Source of the DNA: Klebsormidium nitens
Taxonomy: Eukaryota > Plantae > Klebsormidiophyceae
Assembly (NCBI GenBank): GCA_000708835.1
Contig: DF237019.1
Span: forward strand, 62,001-126,000
Reading direction: 5' to 3'
Length of the DNA stretch: 64,000 nucleotides
Under the pieces are notes generated by a model. The model was given only the letters and a program-made list of their open reading frames with translations, did not search any database and was not told the origin of the DNA. Shown here piece after piece: positions 13,241-26,600 of the stretch. Numbering within the stretch: the stretch's first letter is position 1; the number at the start of each line of letters is the position of its first letter. A program made the position numbers and the translations under genes.

Positions 13241-16200
13241 GCGAGCGGAACGCCGGAGCCGGTTCTGGACGGCGGCAGCTAGAGGTGGACAGCGACACGG
13301 ATTTGGACAGCGAGGATGAGGCGATTCTGGACGACATCATGAAGATCGATTGGCGGGTGAAGACCGAAAGAAAGCCCAAAGTCCGAGACTCCCCTGAGAG
13401 ACCGGGAGCGGTGTCCGGTTCCGCAGCGGAAGCAGAAGCAAGCAAAATGCAGCCGGGAACCAGCACAGTGGAACAAGAGTGCGCAGTGGCCACCAGAGGC
13501 AAGAAGCGAGAGTATGTTGACCTGGATGCTGATAAGGCGGCGCCGAGTAAGAAGCCCGTTTACATTAACCTGGATAGTGACGATGAGGAGAGCGGAGAGG
13601 CGGGAGTAACCTGGGAAACCAGGAGACCGGAGGGTGTTTCGACCGAAGCTGCTCCGAAGGCGGCCCGTGCTGACGTCAAGCAGGAGCGAGCATCTCCAAA
13701 AATGTCGCCGCAGGAGGCTAGCGCTTCCGGTGGTGTCAAGCCGGATGTCGGCAACTCGCCTGGGGGCCCCTTGACAAAAAACAGCCCGTCGCAAGTCCCC
13801 AGAGCCTCGACTGCAGAAATTCGAGCAACGCTCACTGCCGTTTGGGATGCGGTCCGGCGTCGAGTGAGTCTTCCGGCGGAGTCAAACGGTCCGCCCACAG
13901 ATCCTCCTGTGGTTCAGGCCGACGGCACGGCTGTCAGCTTGGGAGCCCGGGAGAGTCCGCCGGGGGCGCAGAGTCCCTGCCGCGACGGAAGCGGCACTCC
14001 CCCAGGTCCCCTTGAAGGTCAAGAAAGTGAACCGGGGAGTTTGTCGGACGTGGAAGAAGGTTTGGCTGGGAAGGAGAGACCGGGGGAAGACGGGGATGCA
14101 GCAGAGGGTTCGAAGGGGAAGGTTGCGGAGGGTGAGCAAGACGGAACAACAGACGAGACGACGGCAGAGAAGGGCCCCGTTGGGAAGGAAGGTTTGGGCA
14201 CTCCAGCCTCTCTGCAGCGCAAGCGGGTTGAGGCATCCCCGGCAGGCGGAGCCTGCTTGCCAGTCCCTGGAAAAGGGCGTCAAGATGCGGTCAAGAAGAA
14301 GCTGTTTGTTGACGACGAAGCACCGGTTGCTGCCGAAGAAAAGAAACGGAAGAGTGACGAGGGTGCAGGGGGATCCCTTTCCGGGGCTGCGCCAGAGGAG
14401 GGTGTGGCGCCGCCAGAGGGCAAGCGGGCGAGGGTTGAGTTGGACTCTTCCCTGACAGGGGGCAGAGCATTCGACAATGGAATTGAACGGCAAACCGGTG
14501 GAGACGATCCCCCAACGCAGGACACGTGTCCCGGCACAGGCAGGCGGTACGCCGCGCCAATTGGCGGGCAATTGGTGCGGAACGGCGCTTCGTTGTCGAA
14601 CACCTTCAAGCGGAACGCGATTGTGAGAGCGCTGCAGCGAGTGCGGAACAAGGGTCGCTCGGCAGAGGTGTCCGGAAGAGATGCGAGCGGAGCGGAACCG
14701 GAGCGGGCCGGAACAGGTCGCAAGTGCGGAACGGAACCACCGAGCGGAACAAGTGTAGAGGCGCCGAAGGCCACCGGAAACGGGTCCACACCGCAAGCGG
14801 AGGTCTGGCCCGATTCGTTCGCATGGCCGGAAAACAAGAAGAGAAAGAAGCGGAGAACTGGGGAAGCGAAGGGAGGTGAAGCCGTCAAGAGCAGCCAGTC
14901 CGCGCAAGAAGGCAAACGTTTGGTTCCTGTGAATGGGGAGCATCCGCCGACAGGGCTGGCGGGTGGTGTCAAGCCGGGTTTGAGTGAGAGCGGGCTGCCA
15001 CGTTCGACACTCTGTAGCACGGTTGGAGATGGCGAGGGGCAAGAAGCGGGCAAGGGGCAGGCGCCAGGTGGGGAGGACGTAGCAGAGAGTGGAACGAATG
15101 AAACAGGGCCTCCGCTTAGCGGGTCTGGCCAGGCTGGGAGCACTGCAAAGCCTGAGGCCTTGCAAATGGTGGCGCGGCCTGCTGACCATCAGCCGCCTGC
15201 AGCCGCTGCCCCGATGAATTTCATGTCGATGCTGGCGGGAATGGACCGGACGGCCATACAGGCCATGGCGGACTTCTTCCAAGCCTTTGCGAAGCGAGCA
15301 TAGTAGCGTTGTTTGTTACCATTGTTGGAGGTTTAACTTTGTTAGCAACAGCGTAGGAGAGAGCTCATGCGTTGCCTATCTAGGCCTTGATAGATATAGC
15401 CTGACTAAAGTTGATACCTGCGGCACAGAAACAGAGGGTTGACAGGCAGTGTCACTTTATGATAGTAAATTTTGGACAAGAGGTTCTTATGAACAGTTAA
15501 GAAGGTCCCAACTTGTCTTGTCCATAAAGGTTGTAAGGTGCCAGGTTCTGCACCACACCATTGGGCACAGCATGCAAGTCGTATGCTTGTGTCGGCCAAT
15601 TTGCTGACCCTTTTTATCCATACGTTGAGGATGCCAATGCACTGCGTAGCTTACTGAATCTATGAATCTTCATGCGTCAATTGCGCCTTAACAACTGCGT
15701 CCAGGCGGTTGTACAAGTATAAGCCCGGGTAGCAACCTGCCAGCACGCAGCGCCTGCATGTATCTCTTTTCGTGCACCCTAAGCTATATGCACAAGCATG
15801 CATCAGCTTACACACAATCGCAGCACACGCCAGCATACGCGTGTCCATAGACGATCATATATTTGAAAACCTTGTCCTTTAATCCTGCTTTCATGAATGC
15901 ATGATGCTGACCACTGGGTGCACCTGTAAATGGACCCGATCTAATATGCACCGCCCCCATTCTAAGCCGCCGCACGATCATTCTAGCTGTTCCGAATCGA
16001 AGTTTAGTGATTGATATGTTTATGTATCATCGAGAACATTATCATGCAGTACCACGGTACATAGTGCAGTGACATCGAACCGGCCTGTGCTAGTCACTGT
16101 CAGATCAACATGATGCATTTGTCGTGCATTGAATCATGGCGGCATGCGAGAACATGTCTGCAGGGGTCATTACTGAGTCGCCACTTGTACTAGCTTTCTC

Positions 16201-17483
16201 GATCAGGTCCACACCGTACCACGGCAACAAATCGCCACAATCCCACAATCGCAACCTCTCATTACTTGCCCCCCCCCCCCTGCCTTCGTCAAGCCACCAA
16301 CTTCTAAGTCTCCCTTTCAGCCAGGGCAGCTGAGTCCTGACTCCTGACCAGTGACTACCCTTTTCTCTGAGCAGAAAAGCCGACCCACTCGCGCTCGTGT
16401 GGTAGACTCGTCGCGTATATGACGCCATTTTCGCGAAAATGATATGCAGAACTTAGAAGTACCGTACCGTAGCCACGCACCTTTGTCAACCACGGTATGT
16501 ATGTACGTGGACATAACGTGCACCATGTCGTCATGATGCCGACATCCCGAGCTGTTTTTACACACACCGGTGACCGACACAGAGCCAAGACGGACTTGAC
16601 CCCCGAGATAAATGCGCAGGTCAAGGAAGCGGCGCCGGCGCTTACATATGATCGCCATTTGGCAAATTTTCAATGCATCATAGACCAAAAGTGCCGACAA
16701 AACCGGAATTTCTAGGCCAACGTTAAGTTTTCGGAGAAGGATTTCCGTATTGCCTGGCAGGAAGGTCGTGTCCGGTCAATCCCACAGTGGAGAGACGCCC
16801 GGGCCCGATCAGGAACTCGTTAAAACTGCTTTGGGATTGTTTACTAGAAAAAGTCCGCAGTATCGGAACAGTGGTGGAAACTTTGCACGATCAGTACTGA
16901 GACTGGCCCTTGGGTAGAAATGTGCAAACTCTGACAATTGAACGCTCCTCGTGCGGTGTGGCTGCTTTCGTGGTTATTGTTGAACGAGCTGGGCGGGCCC
17001 CTCCGCAATCGAAGGCAACAGCGCAGGAATGCATAGAAGGTGGTTGGTGCAGGAAACTCAATGGTGAGTTTTACAGTTTGCCCCTTTTATATACTGCCAG
17101 CTCGGAACTCCGTATTGCTGTCACATGTTGTCAAGTTCATTGGTTGGTGTTGTGAAGGCTTTTCATGCTGAGCACTGCTTGTGTAGAAGAGGCACAATGA
17201 GCAAACTTTAGGAGTCGGAAGCTTAGGGCGGCTCGGCGAGGGTCTTTTGTCCGAGTCCCTCTGTTCGGGGTTGTCTGGTGCCAGAGTCTAGCTTAAGATT
17301 GTATAATTTGCAGTCTGTCTGGCAGAAATAACAATTGATGCTTTGCATCAGGGAGTCATAATGGAAGTCTCTAGAAAGAAACCTTCTGCAAAAACATCCT
17401 CGAACTATTGATGGCCAAGCAAACCCCACTTGATTGGCAGTGTCTTCTTTTGTAGGTTGACTCCTAATTCTTGAAACCAGTCC

Positions 17484-19310
17484 ATGGCCATGGTTGCACG
17501 GACTCCGTGTGTGGGGGTGCTGATCCTGGTGACCCTCTTTGGGTGCGGGCTCATAAATGTTGCCGACTCGTTGACTATCGAGCAGATCGGCAGGCGGGTT
17601 CCAGAGCCCCTTTGGAATCAAACTAGGATTAGTCTCCGCCGATACTCCGACGCTAGTGAAAGTCTGTCGGGCCCCATCCCCCGCGAGCTCGGCAGCCTGA
17701 CCAACCTCACTTACCTGGACCTCTCCAACCACAACCTCTCCGGGCCCATCCCCCCGGAGCTCGGTAACCTGACCAACCTCGTCTTCTTGGCCCTCTCCGA
17801 GAATAGACTCTCTGGGCCCATCCCCCCGGAGCTTGGCAACCTGACCAACCTCACTTACTTGGAGCTCGCCCCCAATAGCCTCTCCGGCCCCATCCCCCCG
17901 GAGCTCGGCAGGCCCCCGGCAGGCCGACCAAACTTACCCAGATCCACCTCACTCCTAAATACGGCTTTTCTGGTTCCGACCCAAGGAACAACCTTTCTGG
18001 TCCCATTCCTCCTGAGCTTGGCAGCCTGACCGACCTCACCACCTTGGACCTCTCCTACACCAACCTCTTTGGCCCCATCCCCCCAGAGCTTGGCAACCTG
18101 ACCAACCTCACCACCCTCGTTCTTCATCACAATAGACTCTCGGGTGCCATCCCCCCGGAGCTCGGCAGCCTGACCAGACTCACCAAGCTCTTCCTCTGTT
18201 CGAACAACCTTTCTGGATCCATTCCGCCTGACCTCGGCAACCTGACCAAGCTTCAAGGCCTCGCTCTTGACGACAACAGCCTCTCCGGCCCCAGAGCTTG
18301 GCAGGCTGACCAACCTCAGCCAGCTAATCCTTGACAACAACAACCTCTCCGGCCCCATCCCCTCGGAGCTCGGCAGCCTAGTGACTAAGCTCTACCACCT
18401 CTTCCTTGACAACAACAACCTTTCCGGCCCAATACCCCCGGAGCTTGGCAACCTGACCAAGCTTTACAACCTCTACCTTTCGAACAACAGCCTCTCCGGC
18501 CCCATCCCCCCGGAGCTCGGCAGCCTGACCAACCTCAACACCCTCTACCTTTCGAACAACAGCCTCTCCGGCCCTATCCCCTCCGAACTCGGCAATCTGA
18601 CCAACGTCGGGTACCTGTACCTTTCCAACAACAGCCTCTCCGGCCCCATCCCCCCGGAGCTTGGCAACTTGACCAAGCTTTACTACCTCTTCCTTGACAA
18701 CAACAACCTCTCCGGGCCCATTCCCCAGTGGCTTGGCAGACTGTCTAGTCAAGGTCTACGTCTCTCCAACAACAGCCTCTCCGGGCCAATACCCCCATCC
18801 CTTCACACAAGCGGTTACAAGGGGAGTTTTTATCCTGGAAACCTGGAGTTGTGTTGCAACGGTTGTTACATCGCCCCACCAGGTAAAGCTGTCCCGCGAC
18901 CGCCTCCTTCAAAAGCTCCTAAGCCATCAACATACCATCCCCTCCGATTGGACCTAATGTTGGTGGGGTTGTTGCTGGAGCTGCTTTCTTCCTGGCTATT
19001 GCCATCTTAGGGTACTAAGATGTGACTCGTGTGTAAAGCTTTGTGTGCCACTCTCGTTGGAGCTGATTAGCGGGCGCCCAGTGATATGCTAGCTCGAGAG
19101 CGGACTTCGGGAGTGGTGGAGCGGCTCCTCAAAGTGGCGACGGGTATGGTTAGGGACGGGAGAATCCGGAAACATTGGTCGACCCGGCTCTCGGGAATGA
19201 CTACGATGCGGAGGAAGCGCAAAAGAACATCCACGTCGCGCTAGCTTCCCTGCGGTTAGACCTGGCGGCGAGGCCCAGCATGGAAGGCGTGGGCTCGCAG
19301 CTTGAGCTGG
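17484..19310 (+). pseudogene. LRR receptor-like kinase pseudogene (signal peptide, ~14 plant-type LRRs, TM helix, kinase C-terminal remnant)
   Basis: N-terminal hydrophobic signal, then LSGPIPPELGNLTNLxxLxLxxN repeats split over 3 frames. TM-like IGPNVGGVVAGAAFFLAIAILGY* lies at 18947-19018 in another frame. Kinase subdomain IX-XI remnants V*SF..LELISGRP (19031-19080) and VDPALGNDYDAEEAQKNIHVAL..RPSM (19175-19310). Confidence 0.88.
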
Positions 19311-20642
19311 CGTCGGTAGTTGATCAGACCGTTTTTAGCGATAAGAGACGAAGTCTTCCGGGGGGGGTTTTAGGGGTTTCGGGTAACGGGATCAGAAAGG
19401 CTATCAACGAGCTTTTGGGCAAGAGTATGAAAGACCTCCGGATATGTTTCCAACCGCTTTAAAAATAATAATTGGTACGTTGAGTATCACTTCCAACAAC
19501 ATTGACTCAATGTATTTTAATGTCTTCATGCCTCTCTCAAGTAGTAAGCGATCCTAGGCTTTCGCCCTGGGCCTTTCAGAGGTCGATCATTTGTGTCTTA
19601 CCTTCACGGTCCTCTGGCGAGCCTCTGGCGTACTCCCAATTTCTCAAGCTCCAAATCCTTTGGCATGAGAAATGGAAATGCAACGGCATGATAGTAGGCG
19701 CTATCTGATATATCTGAAGGCACATCATCGACTCCGAATTTTGAAAAGTTTTTTTCAAAAGCGGTTGCAACGAGAGCTGGGTAGTCCTTCATGATATTCG
19801 TCATTGGTTCCAAAAGAGCCCGCACTTGCGATTCACGCAGGCATCAACCTGTTATTTTAACGTACTCGACGAATCGTTCCAGCATGACTCGCTCAAGATC
19901 GATCATGCCACTGGACTGAGCCTTGCATGCCAGGGTTGCGGGTGGTGCAGAAGGTGGCACCCATGCGAGTGCCACCACCCGCAACCCAAGCATATCGCCT
20001 TTATTGCATATATGACTCGACGAGGTCCTTGACCATCCCCCGAGAATATGTCCGGTGACATATGCACGTGTTGTTTTGGGAGCAAAGGTCCGTCAATTGA
20101 AAAAGTTTTCCACACAGGTCCGGTCGTTGGTTACATACAAATAGGAGAAGTCGGTGCATCCCATGGGATTTCCCAGCTCGTTCCAATGAGCGACTATATG
20201 AAACCACATATGGTCCGGCAGAATCGTCGTGACGCACATGCATGAGCGATAGTATCACTTTCGGTGGCCGAGCTTGCAATGAGATCTTCGAGCGTCCCTC
20301 TGTCGGTGGAGCCCGACATGCAATGGGGCCATCGTGCAGTAGCCGTAGGTTCTGATTCACACAGATATACGTGGATGCTCAAACGCGTGTTTATCCGTTT
20401 ATCTCGCGTTCTAGGTTGTCGCGCATGGCTTCCGCTCGACTTGTAGCCAATGTTTGCTCCAGGATCCGCCGCCGTACATCGGGGGGGGACTAGCTCCGCA
20501 ATCCACGGAGGTTGTCAAAATGTACTCGTTGGTGGCATGTGCATCTTAGAAAAAAAACCTGTTAAAAGGATTTGCATGCCAACACAACGACCCTGAAGAT
20601 GTTTTGAAGCAGCAGGTGACCAATGTCAAATTCCGCCAAATG

Positions 20643-23600
20643 TCATTGTCCCCCCTCCTCCGCCCGCGCTCTTATCCTCGCCAACAGCTCCTCTACCGAC
20701 ATCGAACTTTCCTCTTCCAGCATCCTCAGCTCATCATCCCCCGCCGGCGCCCCTTCTTCTGCCGCTAGCCGCTCCTCTTCGTCTAGCGTCGCCTCGTCGT
20801 CTTCCTCCTCTTCCTCTGATGCTTCGGACGCGCTTCCGTCGCCTTCCCCGTGTCCGCTTCCGTGGTCCGAGCGTCCGTTTCCGCTGGCAGAACGTCCGTT
20901 TTGCGCCACTCGCCCATTACCAGCCTCCGTCCGTCCGACGGCATCAACTGCCATTCCGGTTCCGACGCCGGCTCCCCTGGACGGGTCCCGCCTCGAGGCG
21001 GTCGTTCTCGGAAGCGCTGCTTCTTCCCCGTTTCTGACACCATTTCCATTGGGCGCTCCGTTCATCTTTGCGCCGCTCACTTGACCGTGTCCAGACCCCT
21101 TTCCGTTTCCGTTTCCGGTTCCGGTCTGCTGCTGCTGGACCAGCTTGACCGCCCGCGCCATCATCTCCAGCTTAGAATCCGCCGGCTGCGCGCACGCCTG
21201 GAGCAGCTCAGACAGTCCCACGGCCAGATGGGCGTGCTCCCTGTAAAAATAAGCATCAATGGGTTTACTAAGGAAAACGACTTTGGTACAGGCTTGGTCG
21301 GCTTCAAGTCCACGATGCTTCGGACAGCGGAACAACAACAGTCCCTGCCCGTAGAAAAAACAAGCGCGATGGAAGGAGCGCCACATGAGTCATTGATTCT
21401 TGTGAGTCAGATGTTCCGCTCACAATGCGTGGAGTGCGATGGAGTAACCCGTACATCCGAAAGGACTGACACGGAAGACATGCCTGGCCCTCGTAGAGCG
21501 CCAGCTTGGGTTTCCAAAAGCATACCGTACAGCCGAAACAAAAGCGCAGGATCGCAGTCGAAGCCTCAGCAGAAAAGCTTTCAGACCTTGGCTGAGCAAA
21601 GCTTCAGAAAGAGTGCAGTGACGTGGACCTGCCAGAATCTAGGAAATTGAACTAAGCGCTCGGAGTTTGCCAACCGGATGCGGAACCGGAGGCTGATGAA
21701 CTGCTGAATCGGGTCACACAGTCCTGCTTCCAAATTTCAACTCATCACGAAAACTTCTCAATTCATCTGCTTCTTGAAGCAGGGCATAGAACAGACCATA
21801 AGCTCGCTCCAAGGAAAAACTAAAAAGTTCCATGGGGGGTGTAGAAGAAGGCGCAGGGGCACGGCTTCCGCCCCAAATGGTAGAGGGTGGTCCAAAGGCT
21901 CAAAGGCTAAAAGAGATACTCCTTTCTTGCGGTGTTCACTGCACTTGCGATCGATCCGCAAACAGCCGACAGGGAACGTTGGGCTCAGAGGCAGTCCCAT
22001 TTGCCAGCTATGACCGTGTCATACATTAACGGGGGCGCATCGCACCCGACTCTCCTCGCTGGCCGTTCCAGAACCTACTGTCGTATGTGCTTCCCTCCCT
22101 GGTCTGATTTGTAGTTTGGCGTCATGGCAAACAACCGTAACTGGCCTCAAGAGTGCTTTCGCCAGTCAGGATCCAATCAAGGCCAAATGAAAGTTCCAAA
22201 GAGTAATCAGCAGAATCCGTATGCGGGAGGAGGGATTCGCCTCGAAGGCAACCAAGTTGTAGAAAGTGATGGGGGAGGTAAGAAGGGCTAACAGGAGACT
22301 CTCCGAAACGCCAGATGAGTCCTTGAAGCGCTCCCTGAGGCGCTGATGCAACGGCCTCACTTTCGAAGGCGAGGGGTAAGGGTAAGGCCATATTGTAGTG
22401 AACCCCCGTGAGCCCCTTGGGAGCCAAATGGCCAAGCTCCTCCTCCCCGGCTATCCTTCCCCGAAAAAAGCCGGGAATCCCCCCCCCCTCGATTTACATT
22501 TATTTTGCACCTCAAAACCGTATATCTGGACCTATACTGTAAAATTTTCCGAGCCTGCGGCTCGACTAGCGCGCAAACCCGCAGAGCCCCCCCCTCCTGC
22601 TGCCTGTGGGATGTCAAACCCCCAACCCACCTTTTGAATTGAACATAGGGGGTCAACTTTGATATGACCTTACCCTAACAGCTTTGCAGAGGGCTTGCAA
22701 ACTTCTGAGAATATCGTGCATCCCGCCCACCAGATGAAAGACGTATCAAACAAAATGTCCGTTTCGACTCATAAGCAGAGCTGTCACACAGACCAAACGA
22801 CAGCCTTTGCCGACGAGCAGGTCGAGAGAAGCGACGACGAACATGGTGAGAAACTTCAAAAATGCGACATACTTTCAAGATCCAATGGGCCGTCCCACTT
22901 TCAGTCCGCTATAAGTAAGAACGCGGACTTACGTCTTCCTTCGCAATCATCGAACAACGAAAGTATTGACCTCCGGCCACAAACGGTTGAATAAGCTCAT
23001 TCCTGTGCACGGCAAAACTCCAAAGAGAGAACAATCCGCTCAGAACGAGCGCGTACCATCCCTGTGTCATAACTCTGCAAGGTCCTTCTATTCCCCCCTT
23101 TCCTTCACTTACGCTTTCTACCCCCGGCATCAACTGACGGCAACTAAGAGCATATGGCTTCGCATGGCCGCTGCTGGCTTAATCGTTGCCGAGTACCATC
23201 CGACGAGTTGTGCCAAGCGGTTTGAGCATAAGGGAGACGCTTATATATTCCACAAGCAGAGCACGCGGGAACCAAGCGCAACAGAGGACCGCGTGATAGA
23301 GGAACTTGAACTGATAACCAACTTTTCTGGGAGTTGGAACAAGATGTCAACTCAACCAGCAGAGAGTGACAAGAAGTGCAGGCAGAATTCCTTGAAGAAG
23401 CCTTTGAATGGGGTTACTTATGGGGATTGCAGTCGTAGACATACGTTTCCCATTAAAGACAGCGTACAAGATAGCAAGGATCAAGTCAACGAATGAGCGG
23501 TGAGTGGACCAGGGGAGAGAACCTTCGCCAATGTTGAACTCTTCAATTACGGGCTCCGCTGCCTTTCTGTGCGAAGAGGCAGGAAAACAAGAGTGTGTAA

Positions 23601-26600
23601 GGAAGGAGTCTGGGAAAGGTTACAACTTTGACGTCTGCCGTTGCACCAGCTTCACTCTGCGCATCACAACAAATGGCTCCAGTCTTGAGACCGTTAGAAG
23701 CCAGCTGTACAGAATGCTCATTGCCAGGATCAGCAACGAAGCGTCAACTACTTCACAAGCAGCCGAGTTCTTTGAACCGCTGCTATCGCGTCCACAGACA
23801 CATCTCACCAGTAGAAGGCATGGCCGGATCCATTCTGAAGATTGATTGTGGAACTCGGGCTCTACTCACGTTGGCCGGAGGGCGTACCCCTCCATGCAAT
23901 GCATTCCAGAAAGACTCCACAAACCAGCCAGCAGACTTCCACTTTGTTGATACCTATACGACTGCGTAATCGCCACTGTTCAGTGTACTGGTCCGACGAC
24001 CAAGAGATGGGCCATGAGAAAATCTCCAAAAGCAGGAAGTGATCTCGAAACGCGCATATAACGATCGCCAACCATCAGACATGGAGCTAAGGAACCATTC
24101 TTTCCTTTTCAAAGACATGCTAATGGATGGTCAACGGGCACACATGGCTGGGGCGAGTGTTCCGTTCCTTATGCCAAGAAAGGGGAGACCAACGGAAAAC
24201 GACTGGATCCAACGTCGCTGTCAAGAGCATAACATTGACCAACGGACTAACACTTCAAAAGAGAACAGGACGTGTTCTCTTGGTTACAAATGATTACGGC
24301 CGTGACTGCCGCAGTTTCCTAATCATATACAAGTAGATAAGCACGACTTGGGATACGCTCAGCATCAGTGTGCAACAAAAAGGCTTGGCTCCCATCTTAT
24401 GAGAACCAATGACTATGAGGCTTTCACTCATTGCCGAGTTTGCATGGGGAGTAGCAAACAGCGCCTCCTGGTTGACGGTGTCATCTTTGCAGAAAGATTT
24501 GCTTCCAATATCTTGAGGGCTATTGATACCTCTTGAGTCCTTGGCAGCGCAGGTCTTGCAACGCTCCAAGCCTTAGGTAGATACGGGCTGCACAAGCCTT
24601 TCGTCAAAGGTTCAAAAACGCATCATTTCAACAACGTCTAGGTTGTTCTGACCAGATACTGCACGCCTTTCCTTTTTGGACTTGAAGCACTCAAACTTCA
24701 ATCAGCATCTTTGATCGATGAGCACAAAGAGCTACGTCAGACACAATGATGACCTCTTGCAACGGGCTGGAGTCTTAAGGTGGTCGTCAAGGTTTCACGG
24801 ACGTCATCCGGGAAATGCGGACGTCTTCCGTGTCAATCCGAAGAGTATCTTTGCACTTTGGACAAGCAGCTTCTACGGCCAGGTCAGAGCCAAGGACGCT
24901 CCTTGAATACACGTCGCAGCGACTGATAGCAGGAAGAGAGAAAGACCGCTTGCAAACTCAGCCAACAAACCTTTCACAAGTCGTCAAGGAAAAGCATGCA
25001 TGGTGCAAAAATGACGAGTACCAGAATGTGCGCACAGCTTGGCTGCTCAAGCCGCAGACCAGAGTGCAAGGCGTCAATCGACGGAGTAACGCGGTTTCCC
25101 GAATGAAGCGGAACAAGGCCTCCAGTCCTATCGTTGCCTCGACCGAAAAGTAACAGCAGAATTCGAGACAAGACTTCCACTTGAGGCGGTAACAACTGGC
25201 ATGCACTCCAAGCCGCAAACAAAGTGTGTGGCGTCGAACTGGACCCAACACAGCCCTTACGCGCAAAGCGGAACAAGGCCTCCAGTCTTTGATCATCGCC
25301 TCGTCCTAAAAGGTGCAGCAGGATTCAGAAACAATGAGCAAGGTAACGTTTGGCAGCAAGATCGACGACTTTGAGCAAGCTCGCTAATGCCCGCAGTCGG
25401 CGCTCAAAAAGAAACTTGGGCGTGGACAAGTGGACGAGAACTTTCCCATATACAGATTCAAATGAAAGGAGGCGGGGGGCAGGGGGTAAGAGAAAAAGGG
25501 GGGAAAGCAAACTCCTTCGAGAACCGGCGCGCTCGACCTTTGCATCCATAAGAGGAGGGGCAAAGGCCAAGAAACTTTGACATCTTCCTGTGGACAACCA
25601 GAGTGAAAGAGATGATGAAAGGAGCGGTAATCCAAAAGCACGCTCCAGACCAAGAGGCTGAATTAAAGTTGGGGAATCAGGCTTACCGCTACTCTTCTTA
25701 GACTGGCAATAAAAGGAGAAGCAGAGAAGCACAGAACCCAAAACGGCACGCTTCCAAACATAACAATAAGATCATATTCTGAAAATTCTGGCTCACTTGG
25801 TGAGGAGGCTGTGCACTTGGCCCTTCACCGTCGTCCTCGCCACGTATCCCACGAGCCTGACGTAATCCTCCACGGTTCCCGGAAGGTCGTGCACGATGAG
25901 GACCGGTACGCTGCTCGCGTGCACTCCCGGGGAGGTGATGCCCGTCGTAACTAGAATGGGCACCTTGCCCGCCCTGGAAAAGATAGCAATTGCATGTTGA
26001 GGCAAGGTTTGAAAGCGGTGCTGGAGATTCTGAGTTGGTATATGGACCAAGTAAGTCGCGACATGAAGGAAGAACAAGCTCGTGGAAGCTCTGGAAAACC
26101 CTTGCTCGTTGTTATGAGACTGGCCACCTTCAGTCGCTGGACAAAGTGAAGGTCGATAACTTGCCGACCAGATTCAGTTTTAGAGGGGGGGAAATTGGAG
26201 TAGCCCTAAGGGACTAGTTGGGTGTCAAATTTTTCCGGTCTCCTTCCCTGCCGCTTCACCGTTGTTTTGCCGTGCTACACCAGAAGAGCGGAAAGCAAAA
26301 TCGAGGGGTGTCAAGTTTCAAAGCCATGCCTTATCGTATGCGATTCACAAGGAGTAAGAGCAGTACTGTTTCTGCATGTGAGAGCACAGTAGGTTTTGAG
26401 ACCCGCTTGTGACACACAGAAACTAGATTGAAATCTCGGAGGCTAGTTCTAGGTAGGACACGCTTATGGCCGGGGGAACGAGTGAATTTAGGGTGGGTAC
26501 GGGTGGGGGAGCGGGTACTTTTGTTGGTTTATCTTTTTGCTTTGTTTTACCCCGGGACCTTTTGTTATCCTACCTAGAAACTAATCTATCTGAATGGAAG

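Larger units (their letters stand above)
677..15303 (+). pseudogene. Strawberry notch (SBNO/FORGETTER1-like) helicase-like gene, ~20 exons, two frameshifts (probable recent pseudogene)
   Basis: GT-AG exons with consistent phases: 677-925, 1452-1500, 1922-2117, 2284-2348, 2728-2965, 3295-3418, 3877-4134, 4560-5044, 5601-5808, 6277-6361, 6621-6664, 6996-7198, 7786-8030, 8452-8586, 9167-9275, 9498-9664, 10076-10249, 10766-10874, 11479-11705, 12379-15303. SBNO motifs: [130 protein letters not shown]. Frameshifts at ~4064 and ~7833. Confidence 0.9.

Noticed and set aside
12524-15282. Many long antisense and alternative-frame ORFs (e.g. 13882..15282 -)
   Set aside because: They are shadows of the GC-rich SBNO terminal exon and have no recognisable motifs.
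16350-16720. Short ORFs in the SBNO-LRR intergenic region
   Set aside because: No recognisable homology or splice-consistent gene model.
25350-25580. ORF with KRNLGVD resembling a RuvC/YqgF nuclease start
   Set aside because: It is short, has no further catalytic acidic motifs, and lies in an intron; probably chance.
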